A stretch of 64,000 nt of DNA, taken from contig NC_042997.1 of assembly GCF_006345805.1 (NCBI RefSeq), positions 119,350,001 through 119,414,000 of the forward strand. The letters are read 5' to 3'. Of this stretch, positions 36,262-48,699 are shown piece after piece; position 1 is the first letter of the stretch; each line of letters opens with the position of its first letter. The notes beneath the pieces were generated by a model. It worked only from the letters and a program-made list of their open reading frames with translations, did no database searches and was not told the DNA's origin. The position numbers and the translations under genes are program-made. This DNA comes from Octopus sinensis (lineage: Eukaryota).

Positions 36262-37880
36262 CAGTTGCGGCCAAAATGTTCAGAACGGCATTGTTTTCGT
36301 CAGAAAAGTAGATGTAATTTTTTATCCAAGTTTTTTTTATATTCTATAATTTTCACAGATAATAAATACGATATAATTTGTTATTGCCTGAGATTTTGGT
36401 GTAATTTGATAGGATAATACAAAAGTTATGGATGATTTAGTGATTTACTGCAAAACCCATGGCGGCCGAAATGATCAGAACGGTTGTTTTACTCCGTGTT
36501 TTAGTATATTTAACCGGTGAACTCTAATGTTTTGAATTTGTTTACGTGACAGTTCGTTTACTAAACATTAGTAAGAATATTTGCAGTGTACTTTGTTTAT
36601 ATAATGCCACTTACTCCGTTACCAATTCGTCAGCAGATTATTAAGCTTCGAAGGAAGGATAATTTAAGTATTGGATCTATTGCAAATATTGTTAACAAGT
36701 CAAAAAGTGTTGTACACGGTATTCTTAAGGTCTACGACGATTGTGGTTCGTGTGAGGCAAGACATTTTTCAGGTAGGCCAAGAAAAACGACCAAGAGAGA
36801 AGATCGTGCTATGGTAAAGTTGGTTAAAAAGGACAGATTTAAAACTGCTGCTGCTGTTTCTCGGAAAATGAGCATTGTATTGAAGAAAACTTTATCTCGA
36901 AACACTGTGTCTCATCGTTTAGTTGAACATGACCTACAAGCAAGAGCACCTGCAGTGAAACCACTGAGCAGCTCCAAGAATGAAAAGTGTCGTCTTACCT
37001 TTGCAACCGAACATGTGTTGTGGTCTCAAGTAAAATGGCAAACATTGCATTTCAGTGATGAATCTAAGTTTATGCTATTTGGCTCAGATGGGAAAAGGTA
37101 CGTTCGTAGAAAAGTAGGTGAAAAATTGTTGCCTAAATGCCTTAAGACTAGTGTTAAATTCGGTGGAGTGTCATGGTTTGGGGAATGATATCTGGAGATG
37201 GTGTGGGCCCTTTGGTGCGATTACATGGAAAGTGAAATGCAGGAGTTTATAAACAACTTATAAAAGATCATGTCTTGCCTGTGCTGAGAAATTCAACTAA
37301 GCGACCACCCATTCATGCAGGACAATGCCCCATGTCACAAGGCTAATGTGGTCACGAACTTATCAAGGCTGAGAAGGTTATTGTTATGGATTGGCCAGCT
37401 CAAAGCCCAGATCTCAATCCTATTGAAAATGTGTGGAATATTCTAGGAGACGGTTCGAAAGCCAGAAATCCTAAAACAACTGAGCAATTATGGAATGCCC
37501 TTCAGGAAGAATGGAATAAGATTAACCAGCAAGAAATTGAAAATTTAATTTCCTCATGCAGTCGAAGATGTCAGAGTGTGATTGAAGCTAAAGGGCTTCA
37601 CACTAAATATTAAATAATTCCAGTATTCTCTGTTATGTTTGATTATTTTGTTATTTTTTCAACTGTTCTGATTATTTTGGCCGCCATGGGCTTTGCAGTA
37701 AATCACTAAATCCATAACTTTTGTATTATCCACTCAAATAACACCAAAATCTCAGACAATAACAATTAATAATGTATTTATTGTCTGTGAAAATTATAGA
37801 ATATAAAACAACTTTAATAAAAACTTATACCTACTTTTCTGACGAAAACAATGCCGTTCTGAACATTTTGGCCGCAACTG
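36262..37880 (+). mobile_element. Complete Tc1-family transposon (1619 bp), IR/DR type, TA-flanked
   Basis: TA|CAGTTGCGGCCAAAATG...CATTTTGGCCGCAACTG|TA. TIRs at 36262-36486 and 37660-37880, each with an outer and an inner direct repeat. Confidence 0.97.
36604..37613 (+). pseudogene. Tc1 DD34E transposase, frameshifted
   Basis: Paired-like HTH N-terminus, GRPRKTT, FSDESKF, QDNAPCH, WPAQSPDLNPIE. About four frameshifts lie between 37165 and 37370. Confidence 0.95.
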
Positions 37881-38228
37881 TAAATAAAAATATTAATATT
37901 TTGGATTTGCTTTGCAAGATTCCTTATGTGAGTTCGTGTGTTGAAGCATATTCTGTTGTGTCTGGGAAGAGTCATTCTCTTTTAGTGCCTTATAATTTAA
38001 CACACTCACCTGTAAAATTTCCACTCATTTACTTATTAATTTATAGTTGTTGGAATAAATAACGGACTGAATAGCGGCTTGATAGCTAATGTTGGAATAA
38101 ATAGCGGCTTAAATAACGGACATAGTCACCAACTATTGATAAGTTTTCAAGATTTCAGAAAAATAAAAAAGTAAATGAGTGGACATTTTACTAAAAGAGA
38201 ACGGCTCTCCCCAGACATGTATTTCCTC

Positions 38229-38485
38229 TTAGTAAAAGTTTATAAAAAATTGAAAAATTTGAAGTAAAACCAGCCTATCTTATGTCTGGTGGTCAAAGAA
38301 CATGTCTGGAGATTTTTTCGTTGAAGTCTTCTTTAAGTAGACTGTGTACAGTTCAGAGTGTTACAGAGGGAGGGAAGAGGTGTCTTTTGTATAAAAATAA
38401 CTTTGTGTTCTTGTCAAGGGAGTGGCTAAAAAGCGTTTATTGAATGGGTTTTATGTCCACCTGTGTGTGTATGTGTGGGTATGTA

Positions 38486-38522
<37 letters not shown>

Positions 38523-39352
38523 TGTGTTGAATGTCCTTTCGATATGGTTTGAAATATGATTAGCTGTGAGTTGAGTGAATATGTTGTGAAGAATTCGTCT
38601 TGTTGAAAAAAGAATCAGGAATATTCTTTAGGTTAGATGTATTCTTTTGAGTTTCTCCACCTCTGTGTATGTGTATGTTCGTGTGTGTATGTGTGTTTTT
38701 ATAATGTTTTCTTTTTTAGTATGTGTGTGTTTGTGTGAATAGAACTGTGTGTGTGTATGTGTTTTGTGATGTTTTCTCTTGTATGTGTGTATTTTTGTGA
38801 TGTTTTCTTTTGGATGTGTGTGTTTTTGTGATGTTTTCTCTTGTATGTGTGTATTTTTGTGATGTTTTCTTTTGGATGTGTGTGTTTTTGTGATGTTTTC
38901 TTTTTTTGTGTATGTGCGTATCTTTATGTGTCTGCGTGTGTATTTTTGATGTTTCCTATTGCATGTATGTGAGTGTGTTTGTGTGTTTGTGCGTGCTTTT
39001 TTGTGAAAGAAAACGTCACAAAATCACACACCCGCATACTCACATATACTCACATACACATGCAAAAGAAAACATCACAAACACACACAAAGATACACAC
39101 ATGCACAAAAAAGAAACATCACAAAATCACAAACACACACACACAAACACACAAACACACGCATGCACACATACACACAGCTGGTGACTACACACATACA
39201 CACAGGTGGATACACTCAAAATAATACACCTAAGCCAAAGAAAAATGCTGATTCTTTTTTCAACAAGAGAAATTCTTTACAACATACTCACCCATCAACG
39301 CACAGCTGGTCATTTTTCAAAACATTCTGAAAGGTCATTTAACACAACACAC

Positions 39353-39400
<48 letters not shown>

Positions 39401-39667
39401 CACACACACACACACACCACACACACACACGGAGGGGGACATAAAACCCATTCAATAAATGCTTTTTGCCCACTCCCTCGACAGGAACACACAAAGTTTC
39501 TTTTAGACAATAGACACACCTCCCACTGTCTAACTCTTTTAACTCTACACCAAAATATATTTGAAGAAAACCTCAACGGAATATCTCCAGAGAGGTTCTT
39601 CACCACCAGACAGAAGATAGACTGTTTTTACTTCAGTTATTTTCAAATTTTTATAAACTTTTACTAA
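38229..39667. mobile_element. About 1.44-kb imperfect foldback (long diverged inverted arms containing tandem subrepeats)
   Basis: 38229-38990 aligns to the reverse complement of about 39010-39667 (termini TTAGTAAAAGTTTATAAAAA), roughly 75% identity by eye. Confidence 0.8.
38764..38903 (+). repeat. 31-bp minisatellite with alternating a/b units (62-bp higher-order repeat x2 plus a partial unit)
   Basis: a=TTGTGATGTTTTCTCTTGTATGTGTGTATTT, b=TTGTGATGTTTTCTTTTGGATGTGTGTGTTT. Confidence 0.9.
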
Positions 39668-39814
39668 TATTTTATAAGATAATATATATCGAAAACGATA
39701 ATATTAATATTTTTATCTATATAATATGTTATTAAATTCCCTCTTAAACTGAATTTTCTTAGATTTAATCCTGCGCTATTTACACCTCTATCTTTTACAC
39801 ACCACACACACACA

Positions 39815-39896
<82 letters not shown>

Positions 39897-39923
39897 ATAG
39901 TAAAATATATTTGGCAGTCCTCA

Positions 39924-40447
39924 TTAGCCCCAGGAAAACATATATTTTCCAGCTGGCTACGACACACAACTGCGTCCTTATACCACGAACAAGGGAGCTA
40001 ATGTTCCACTGAGACTTAAACGGTACCTGCAAACCATGGTTTTGGGATTATTTTCCCTTCATCGGAACGTGATTCCCGTTGGCTAGAGATGGCAGCACTA
40101 CGCCTTGCAGGAAGTATATTCTTTTAAAGTGATCTCGTAAAGAGGAAAACAATTAGGTTTAAATCTCAGTGCTACAGAGTAAAATCTTTTTGACAACGTA
40201 AATCGACAGTTTTAATTAGGAAGATGTTACTAACTTTTTAGCCCCAGAAAAATACCTTCTCCAGCTGGCTACCGACGCACAAATGCATCCTTATACCTCG
40301 AAGTAGGGAGCTAATATCCCCACTTAGCCTTAAGTTGTGCGTTGGTAGCCAGCTGGAAAAGATGATTTCCTGGCGATAATTTTACTCTGTAGTACTATTA
40401 CTACTTCTCGCTCAGATATTTAAAAGTAATTGTTTTTCCTTTATATA
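39924..40447 (-). mobile_element. Hammerhead-relic element with about 314-nt direct period and a terminal inversion
   Basis: 39924-40019 repeats at 40238-40333. 40334-40447 is an inverted copy of internal sequence. Degenerate hammerhead at 40032-40070 on the minus strand. Confidence 0.65.
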
Positions 40448-40455
40448 TATATATA

Positions 40456-40496
<41 letters not shown>

Positions 40497-41875
40497 ATGG
40501 AGAAATTATACAAAATGTATAAATAGATGATGAGTAAAGCACCGGTACAGTTTCGATTACCTGTTGTTACCCGTAACGTTATTGCAGTAACCTCGTAGTG
40601 GCGGTTGGGGTAACAGTATTAATAAATTAGGAGATAGAATGCGTAATAGACTTTATTGGATACAACACATGTTTTGCCCCGTTCTGGATCACTTCGCTCG
40701 GCTTAGGCACCGCTATATGTCCATCAAATTCGAGAATGACTAAAAACAGAGAAAAGTTTTTGAAACGCAAAAAATTTAAAATATGATCGTGAAAATTTAT
40801 ATATTCTAATTTAGAGAAAATGACTTAATGAACCTTCGCTGTTGTAACCGTTAAGAGAAAGAAAAGGAAGTAGAATTTAAAAAGATAGTAATAATTAGGC
40901 AAAGACATTTTGTGTTTGTGCTTAGACGCACATATACATACATACACACACACACACACGCATATATATATATACGCGCTCACACACACATCCAAGTATA
41001 TGGGCATATACATACAACTACATTCACACGCATACGCACACGCATGGACGAATACATACACATATATGTTTAGGAACTCATACATACAGGGGCACACGTG
41101 TATATATACATAAATATACGTGCATAGCATAGATGAATATGTGCATATATTCGTACGAGAAGCAAGATATAGTATTAATAATGATCGGCGGAACGAACAG
41201 TTTTCTATTTTATATATCTATAATTGTATTAAACAATTCTTTACAACGTTCTCTCGTGCACCTAGGCGCGTTTCAACTGCACCGACTGCACAGTTAGATA
41301 TGCAACCTCCTGGTGCCAAATACTAAATTAAAGTTAATTGAATACCTCTAAGAACAAGAATATTCTCCTTGAAATGAGGAGAATGATAAAATTTTGATTG
41401 TCCTAATATATATTACAGTTAATGAAATTCGAAATTATAAATCATTAGAATACCATTTATGAACATAAGAAACAAGTGGTAAATCAAATTAATTCAACAC
41501 CTCAAAAATTAAGAATATTCTCCTGGAATTAATTAGAATGGCAAACTTTTTCGATAATACTAAAGAAACTGCGCAAACTTTCAATGTAACCTTAACTTTT
41601 TAAAGTGTATTTTGTTTTACCTACAAAACTTAGCAGAAGTGACCCATGGGTCATCGATGCTACAACTATTTTTAGTAACACCAATACCTCCTTAAGGATA
41701 CACTATTCCCTCAGCTACCCGGTTCCTTCTGCTTCATTCGAATGAAACTGTACCGAAATCGGCACCTGGGTGTTGCATATCTAACAGTGGTCAGAGGTTG
41801 CAGTTGAAATGCGTGTAGGTCCGCGAAAGCATGCCCAAAATTACTGTTTAAAATCAGATCTCTGTTCATGGGCCT

Positions 41876-41876
<1 letters not shown>

Positions 41877-41926
<50 letters not shown>

Positions 41927-41949
41927 CACCACCACCACCACCACTACTA

Positions 41950-41981
<32 letters not shown>

Positions 41982-42012
41982 CTACTACTACTACTACTAC
42001 TACTACCATTAC
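41877..42012. repeat. (ACT)n-(ACC)n-(ACT)n microsatellite
   Basis: Direct reading. Confidence 0.95.
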
Positions 42013-42098
42013 TATGGAAACAATGCAGTCCCGAATAGGACACTCGCATCCACCAAACGAGAATAAATACAAGAGTCTAACAACTTGTTAGCTCGGGT

Positions 42099-42138
<40 letters not shown>

Positions 42139-42779
42139 TGTAAGTGTTATATATGTATGTACGTATGTATATATATATATATATATATATTATATTATAT
42201 CATATATATATATAATATATATATGTATATATATATATATAGTATATATAATATATATATATATATATGGCACGAAGAAAATGGAGGGAATCCAGAAGTA
42301 GTATTCATCAGCTGTTAGACATTATATATGCCTATTTATTTATTTTGAACAGTTTAGATAATATATAAATACATGTGTAAATTATTAATTTCTAGAATAG
42401 AGAAAGAGGAACAGTTTCTTACACTTGTTTCAGCCAAGAACCACAGTACCCTATATGTTATTCCCATCTTTTCAATGTATTGTAGTAATCAGTGCATTGT
42501 AATAAATAAATATACATAATATAATGTCTAGCAGCTGGTGAATACTGCCTCTGGATTCCAACCGTTTTCTTCTTGCTGTGTAAAATAAGGGTAAAACCAC
42601 TTATTACCCTCACCTAATTATTATATTTAGTGGGGTAATTCCCGCACAATAACGAACACTTGTGTATTAATTAGGTATTCTAACAGCAGTATATTGGATA
42701 GATACTATCCCTTGGTTGGATTCACAACCTGTAACTTCCTTTGAAATTTATATATATATATATACATGCCTACATTTAT

Positions 42780-43190
42780 ATATGTGTATATATACATGTA
42801 TATAAGCGTACATGACGTCAAAAATCAAGAGCAAAAAAAGCAAAAGTATGGAAAACGAAACTTTCGGACAACGAAAGAAACAAATAAGAAAAGAGACAGG
42901 CAACATAAAGAACATTCCCTTCATCTGTTGTTCCCTGTTTTATCTACTCAACGTTTCGAAGGTAGGGTCACGATACGACTTTGTTAAAACAGTCCTTCCC
43001 GCAGAGCAGATTAATTAAAATTTGGGATTTTTTGCAGAGGGTTAAAGTGCTAACAAAAACAAGAGAGTTAGAACAAAACAGTAAAATGACATGGTGAGGG
43101 CTGTTATGCCATAACGAGGTGAAGTGGTGTAGGTTTGAAAAACGATCTTTGAGAGGAGACAGCAAAAGCACATCTTGTATTTAGGAAGGA
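42780..43190 (-). mobile_element. Short Penelope-type element with degenerate hammerhead (42947-43007)
   Basis: Minus strand CTGCGG-GAAGG...CCTTC-GAAA-CGT-T-GAG. The 3' part is shared with 47845-47990. Confidence 0.5.
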
Positions 43191-43622
43191 GGTGGAAATA
43201 TATCATAATATATATATATATATAATATATATAATATATATTTGCGCCTATGCATAAACATTTCTCTTTTTATATGTAATGCAGACCATGAAAAGACAGC
43301 CACATTGTCGACATTATCGAAATTTTATTTGTTCCCTGACTATATACCATAAAATATCTACGTCAATTTACATGTGTCACAAAACTTTCTCTAGCATTTC
43401 TATATTTAACCTTTCATTATTTCCTCTTTACAACTTTTCAATATTAACATCACTAAGAACAGTTAAAGTCACAAAGATTTCATTGTTGATGAGCGAGTGT
43501 GATTTAGATGGCTTTAATTATGATGATATGTGTGAGTGTGTGCGTGTGTATTTGTGTCTGTTTGTATGTATATACATAAGCGTGTATATATATATATATG
43601 TATGCATCTATACATATATGCA

Positions 43623-43720
<98 letters not shown>

Positions 43721-44224
43721 CATTTACACAAACCTATAATAATGCTTATATGCATAGATGCATATATATAAATATACACACACTTATGTATATACATACA
43801 GACACACAAATACACAAACACTCACACACATATACGTATATACGTATATATATATGAAATCGTTGCCTCTTTGTTCTCGTAAAATGGCTTCCTGATTAAT
43901 TTCTCTTAGTTTGTCTGTGATACAGAAGGAAGCAGTACAAGCTAGATTCCTTGGAGTAATATATTTGTTCTGAATAACCACAAAAACTACAGGACTAATG
44001 AATACATAGTTCACTGCATTGATCCCTGTCAACATATATATTAATACACACAGACACAGAACCACTCTCCCACCTACACACATAAGCTGATACAAACATA
44101 AATATTATATATACATTGTATTATTATATATATATACCCTCAAATTCATACATATATATACGTTTATATATATATATATATATATATCTATATATATATA
44201 TATATATTATATATATTATACCTT

Positions 44225-44264
<40 letters not shown>

Positions 44265-44265
<1 letters not shown>

Positions 44266-44678
44266 TCTTTTACTTGTTTATTTGTTTGAGTCATTTAACT
44301 GCGGCCATGCTGGAGCACCGCCTTTAGTCGAGCAAATCGATCCCAAGACTTATTCTTTGGAAGTCTAGTACTTATTCCATCGGTTGTTTTTGCTGAACCG
44401 CTAAGTTACGGGAATGTAAACACACCAGCATCGGTTGTCAAGTGATAGTGATGTTGGTTTGGCAAACACAGACACACAAACATATACACCCATACATATA
44501 TATATATACATATATACGACGGTCTTCTTTCAGTTTCCGTTTACCAAATTCACTCACAAGGCTTTGGTCTGCCCGAGGCTATAGTAGAAGACAGTTGCTG
44601 AAGGTGCCACTCAGTGGGACTGAACCCGGAACCATGTGTTTGGTAAGGAAGCTACTTACCACACAGCAACTCCTGCGC
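44265..44678 (-). mobile_element. Full-length SINE-B
   Basis: Head to tail match. Confidence 0.93.
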
Positions 44679-44713
44679 ATGCAATATACTTGCATACACA
44701 CACATACACACAC

Positions 44714-44809
<96 letters not shown>

Positions 44810-46918
44810 GGAATAACCAATCTCACACACAAACACACCTGAGTCTGTGTGTTATTCAGAGAGCGCGTATTGCAAAGTTTTAAGTTCCCAATCGAAACAT
44901 TAAATACCACAAGTAGTAAGAATGAAAGATTTACTATGACATACATTTCGGTTCAAATTTATAGCTTACTATGTCACTAATATAATCTTTGATGTCAAAT
45001 ATTTAAGTGTAAACAACATATATGTTTTCGTATTAATTACGTACCGAGTCAATATGGTGTTCGCTTTATATAATATATAAAACATCGGCAATTTCATCAA
45101 CATAGATCGATAACATAAAAGCAAATCCCGTATATACGGAGTTTGAATTCATTGACCTGACAAGTAGAAGTATACTTCCTGGTGCCAAGATTGTAACATT
45201 TGTGAACACCTCTAGCAAATAACACATAAATATTTGTTAATATGGGATATACAAATGTTAATTTTTACGTTATTGCTTAATATTAATACAAGCTAGACGA
45301 ACAATAGCATTCTCAGCATAGAAAATATTGGTAATTACAAAAATACCACATAACACGAATCATATAAATCATCTAATCAGTATACACAATTTTGTATAGG
45401 TAATAATTAAAACAATGCAAATTTATGCAGCTATAATTATTATATTCTTATAATACGGTCAGACGAGTGGCCCTCACTAGCTTTCCGGCGTTGTATAAAT
45501 AACTGTAAAACCATTGCCGTGTATTTAATGCGTTGAAAGGTGTTGGATACTTTATGGTTAAGTAAATGATATCTAAAGACTCGGATTGGCACGATTCGAT
45601 TACCATTTCTTATGGTCTCTGGAGTCAGGGCTGATATGAATTTGAACGTTAATAAAAACGAAGTATTACAGTTATTATTATATGCGTATATTACCCTCGC
45701 ATATGTTCGATCACAAAAATTCGATTACTAAAACTACAGAAATTAATACTTTTTGTCTATAAACTTACGTAGGAAACAATTTTTGAAATATATGATATAT
45801 AGTCATTAGAAATACAGTGGAGACAAGGAAAAATATATTCATATATACATACATACATACATACATACATATATGTACATATATGTTTAGGTATATACAT
45901 ATATATTCAAATATCTCCCTATATATATATAAATAACGACATGCACACACATAGACATATATAATGCGTCCATATATACTTATATATGTATATAATATAT
46001 ATATATATATATACATACATATATATATATATTATAAATATATATATATATATATAGTATATAATATATATATGCATATATATATTGTATTATAAAATAT
46101 ATACATATATATACATTATATGCATATTTATATTATATCAATATATATAAACACATATACAAATATATATGTGTATGCATGTATATATATATTTATACAT
46201 ACATACATACATATATATATGATGCATATGTATACGTGCACAACTCATAAAAATGTATGAAATCCAATTCGTAAATGTAAAAATGAATGGTTACAAATTA
46301 AATTGGATGTCAGAAAGATCTTACTGAGAAATTTCAAATAATCGACGTATATATAGGTAATTTCAATTTCTTCAATATATGACAAGATAGCATTGAAAGT
46401 CTTGAAGCACCAAATATGAAATCAATAAGCAAATTATATTATCCAGAATGATTTTCCAAATTGCATACAAAATATTGATTAATGGTAATCAATATTTTTT
46501 GTAATGATTAATATAGATCAATATTATTGAGAATAAAACAAATTCACTATGCTTGTGTGTAGGTGTGTGTATATGTGCGTGTGTCTGAGCGCGGGTATGT
46601 GTGTGTGAATATGTGCGTACGGATAGATTGATACATGGATAGATTGATAAACCGGTACATAGATACACTCAGAGAGTAGATGAGAGAATGTTAAAGAAAG
46701 AACGGTACAGGTGAAAGGGAAGATGTGTTGAAGATTGAAATACAAACTCCGTATGTTTGCATCTTAGAAACAAAACGCACCTGCACTGGTTACACTTCTT
46801 GCAGCCTTACCAGTTTATACTACCAACAGTTAATGTCTTCCTTGTTTGTTCTTTTAGTATCTTCGAAAAAAAACACTAACCCACATACACATACATATCT
46901 ATCTATCGATCTCCCTGT

Positions 46919-46963
<45 letters not shown>

Positions 46964-46993
46964 TATTATATAAATATTATATATATATATATA

Positions 46994-47310
46994 TATTAAT
47001 TAGAGACAAAACCACTATTTTGCAAAACAAACAAGGAATTTAATAAAAAAAATTTGAAACTGACTTGAAAATCGGAAATCCACCTGAAGATTGTCGATCA
47101 AGACATGAAACAATTGTAGTGGCGGTTTTTTTACTTTTTATTAAAATTTTATGTATTGATTAAGTCTTTCCTTGTTTGTTTTGCAAAATAGTGGTTTTTC
47201 TCTAATTAATATTATATAATATTTTACTATAAAATTGGATTTAATCCTAAATCTGATTTTTTCCCCGTAATTTGGATTATTCCTAATATTTATTAATTAT
47301 TATTATATAT
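46994..47310 (+). mobile_element. Hammerhead-bearing element with a 44-bp inverted repeat, inside (TA)n
   Basis: 46994-47038 is the reverse complement of 47168-47211 (one 1-nt indel), and the hammerhead lies between them. Confidence 0.8.
47080..47122 (+). ncRNA. Minimal type I hammerhead motif, core intact
   Basis: Stem I CCAC/GTGG; CTGAAGA at 47084-47090; stem II TGTC(GATCAA)GACA with a T.T base mismatch; GAAA at 47107-47110; palindromic ACAATTGT; GTA triplet ending at 47118. Confidence 0.78.
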
Positions 47311-47324
47311 ATATATATATATAC

Positions 47325-47370
<46 letters not shown>

Positions 47371-47587
47371 ATATATATATATACGTATATATATATATAT
47401 ATTATACTATATATATTATATATATATTACGTATATATATATATATATATATAATATATGATACTTATATATTATATATATACGTATATATTATTATATA
47501 TATATATATGTATGTTATTTACATACATATATATATACATACATAATGTACATACATATATATGCCAATGGGATATCATATATGTAA

Positions 47588-47838
47588 GTTTTTTCCTTCT
47601 CAAGCCATGCCTGGCTCATAAGGGCCGATTTCCCGGTTTTCTTGGCGTACAGGTTTCCCACCTGTACGGGACACCGGTCTGTCGCAGGTGAGCTGAAGTT
47701 TGCCATTACTTTCTGTCGGAGCCACGTGAAGCTTAGGTGTTTCGCTCATAAACACAGACATCGCCCGTTCTGAGATTCGAACCTGCGAAAACTCGACCTC
47801 GAACCCGCAGCTCTAACCACTAGGCCATGTGCCTCTAC
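47588..47838 (-). mobile_element. SINE-C with an internal deletion
   Basis: Aligns to 28962-29263 but lacks the central pyrimidine-rich segment. Confidence 0.9.
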
Positions 47839-47844
47839 TATATG

Positions 47845-48085
47845 CATATAGGGTACAGGACGTCACAAAACACAAGCAACATGAATTACGAAAATAAAGC
47901 TGAGTATGCGAACAACGAGAAAAACAAATGTAAATCAAGACAAGTCATATAAAAAACGACGCTTCATCGATTGACGATTGCACTTCTATTCCTTATTTCG
48001 AGCGGACAGCCAACACCTGATGAATGGTCGTTCTTTACGGGACTTGTCCTGTTTTCCATTTGTTTCCCTCGTTGTTCGCGTACCC
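47845..48085 (-). mobile_element. Penelope-type 3' segment with a 67-bp imperfect inverted duplication
   Basis: 47902-47968 vs the reverse complement of 48019-48085. The tail (GTGACGTCCTGTAC) matches 42780-42800. Confidence 0.6.
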
Positions 48086-48171
48086 AAATTTATTTCCATA
48101 TTTCATGTTGAGATCGTGTGCTGGAACGAAAGAATTGCAGCGTGGAAGCTGTTTATAAGCCATTTAAAACA

Positions 48172-48267
48172 AAAATATTTTTGCCGCTAAGACACCGCGA
48201 CCTGTTCCTTGACATCTCGGACATTTGTCATGAACATGTCGCGGTTTCAGAGCGACGAAAATATTTT
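48172..48267. repeat. Imperfect hairpin of about 95 bp (MITE remnant?)
   Basis: AAAATATTTTTGCCGCTAAGACACCGCGACCTGTTC pairs with GAACATGTCGCGGTTTCAGAGCGACGAAAATATTTT. Confidence 0.6.
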
Positions 48268-48325
48268 GGCAAATTACATTTAAATGTTGATGTAAATCTA
48301 ACGATTTTTGTATGTTTTAAGTCAG

Positions 48326-48660
48326 CCCCAGGACTTATTCTTTGTAAGCCTAGTACTTATTCTATCGGTATCTTTTGCCGAACAACTATGTTACGGAGAC
48401 TTCAACACACCAGCATCGGTTGTCAAGCGATGTTAGCGGTACAGACGCAGATACAAACACACAAAAACATACACACACACACACACTCATATATAAATAC
48501 GAAGAGCTTCTTTCAGTTTCCGTCTACCAAATCTACTCAAGGTTTGGTTGGCCCGAGGCTGTAGTAGAGAACAGCCTCCAAAAGGTGCCACGCAATAGGA
48601 CTGAACGCCAAACCCTGTGGTTTGTAAGCATGCTACTTACCACACATCCACTCCTGCGCC
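48326..48660 (-). mobile_element. SINE-B, 3'-truncated
   Basis: Head ends at 48660 (CTCCTGCGCC). Confidence 0.9.
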
Positions 48661-48699
48661 TACATAATTGTATGTTTTTTGTGTTTGCATTTGAATGTA

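Noticed and set aside
40640-40710. Minus-strand AAAACATGT palindrome followed by AATAAA, resembling a PLE hammerhead end
   Set aside because: The CUGANGA half and stem II are unrecognisable.
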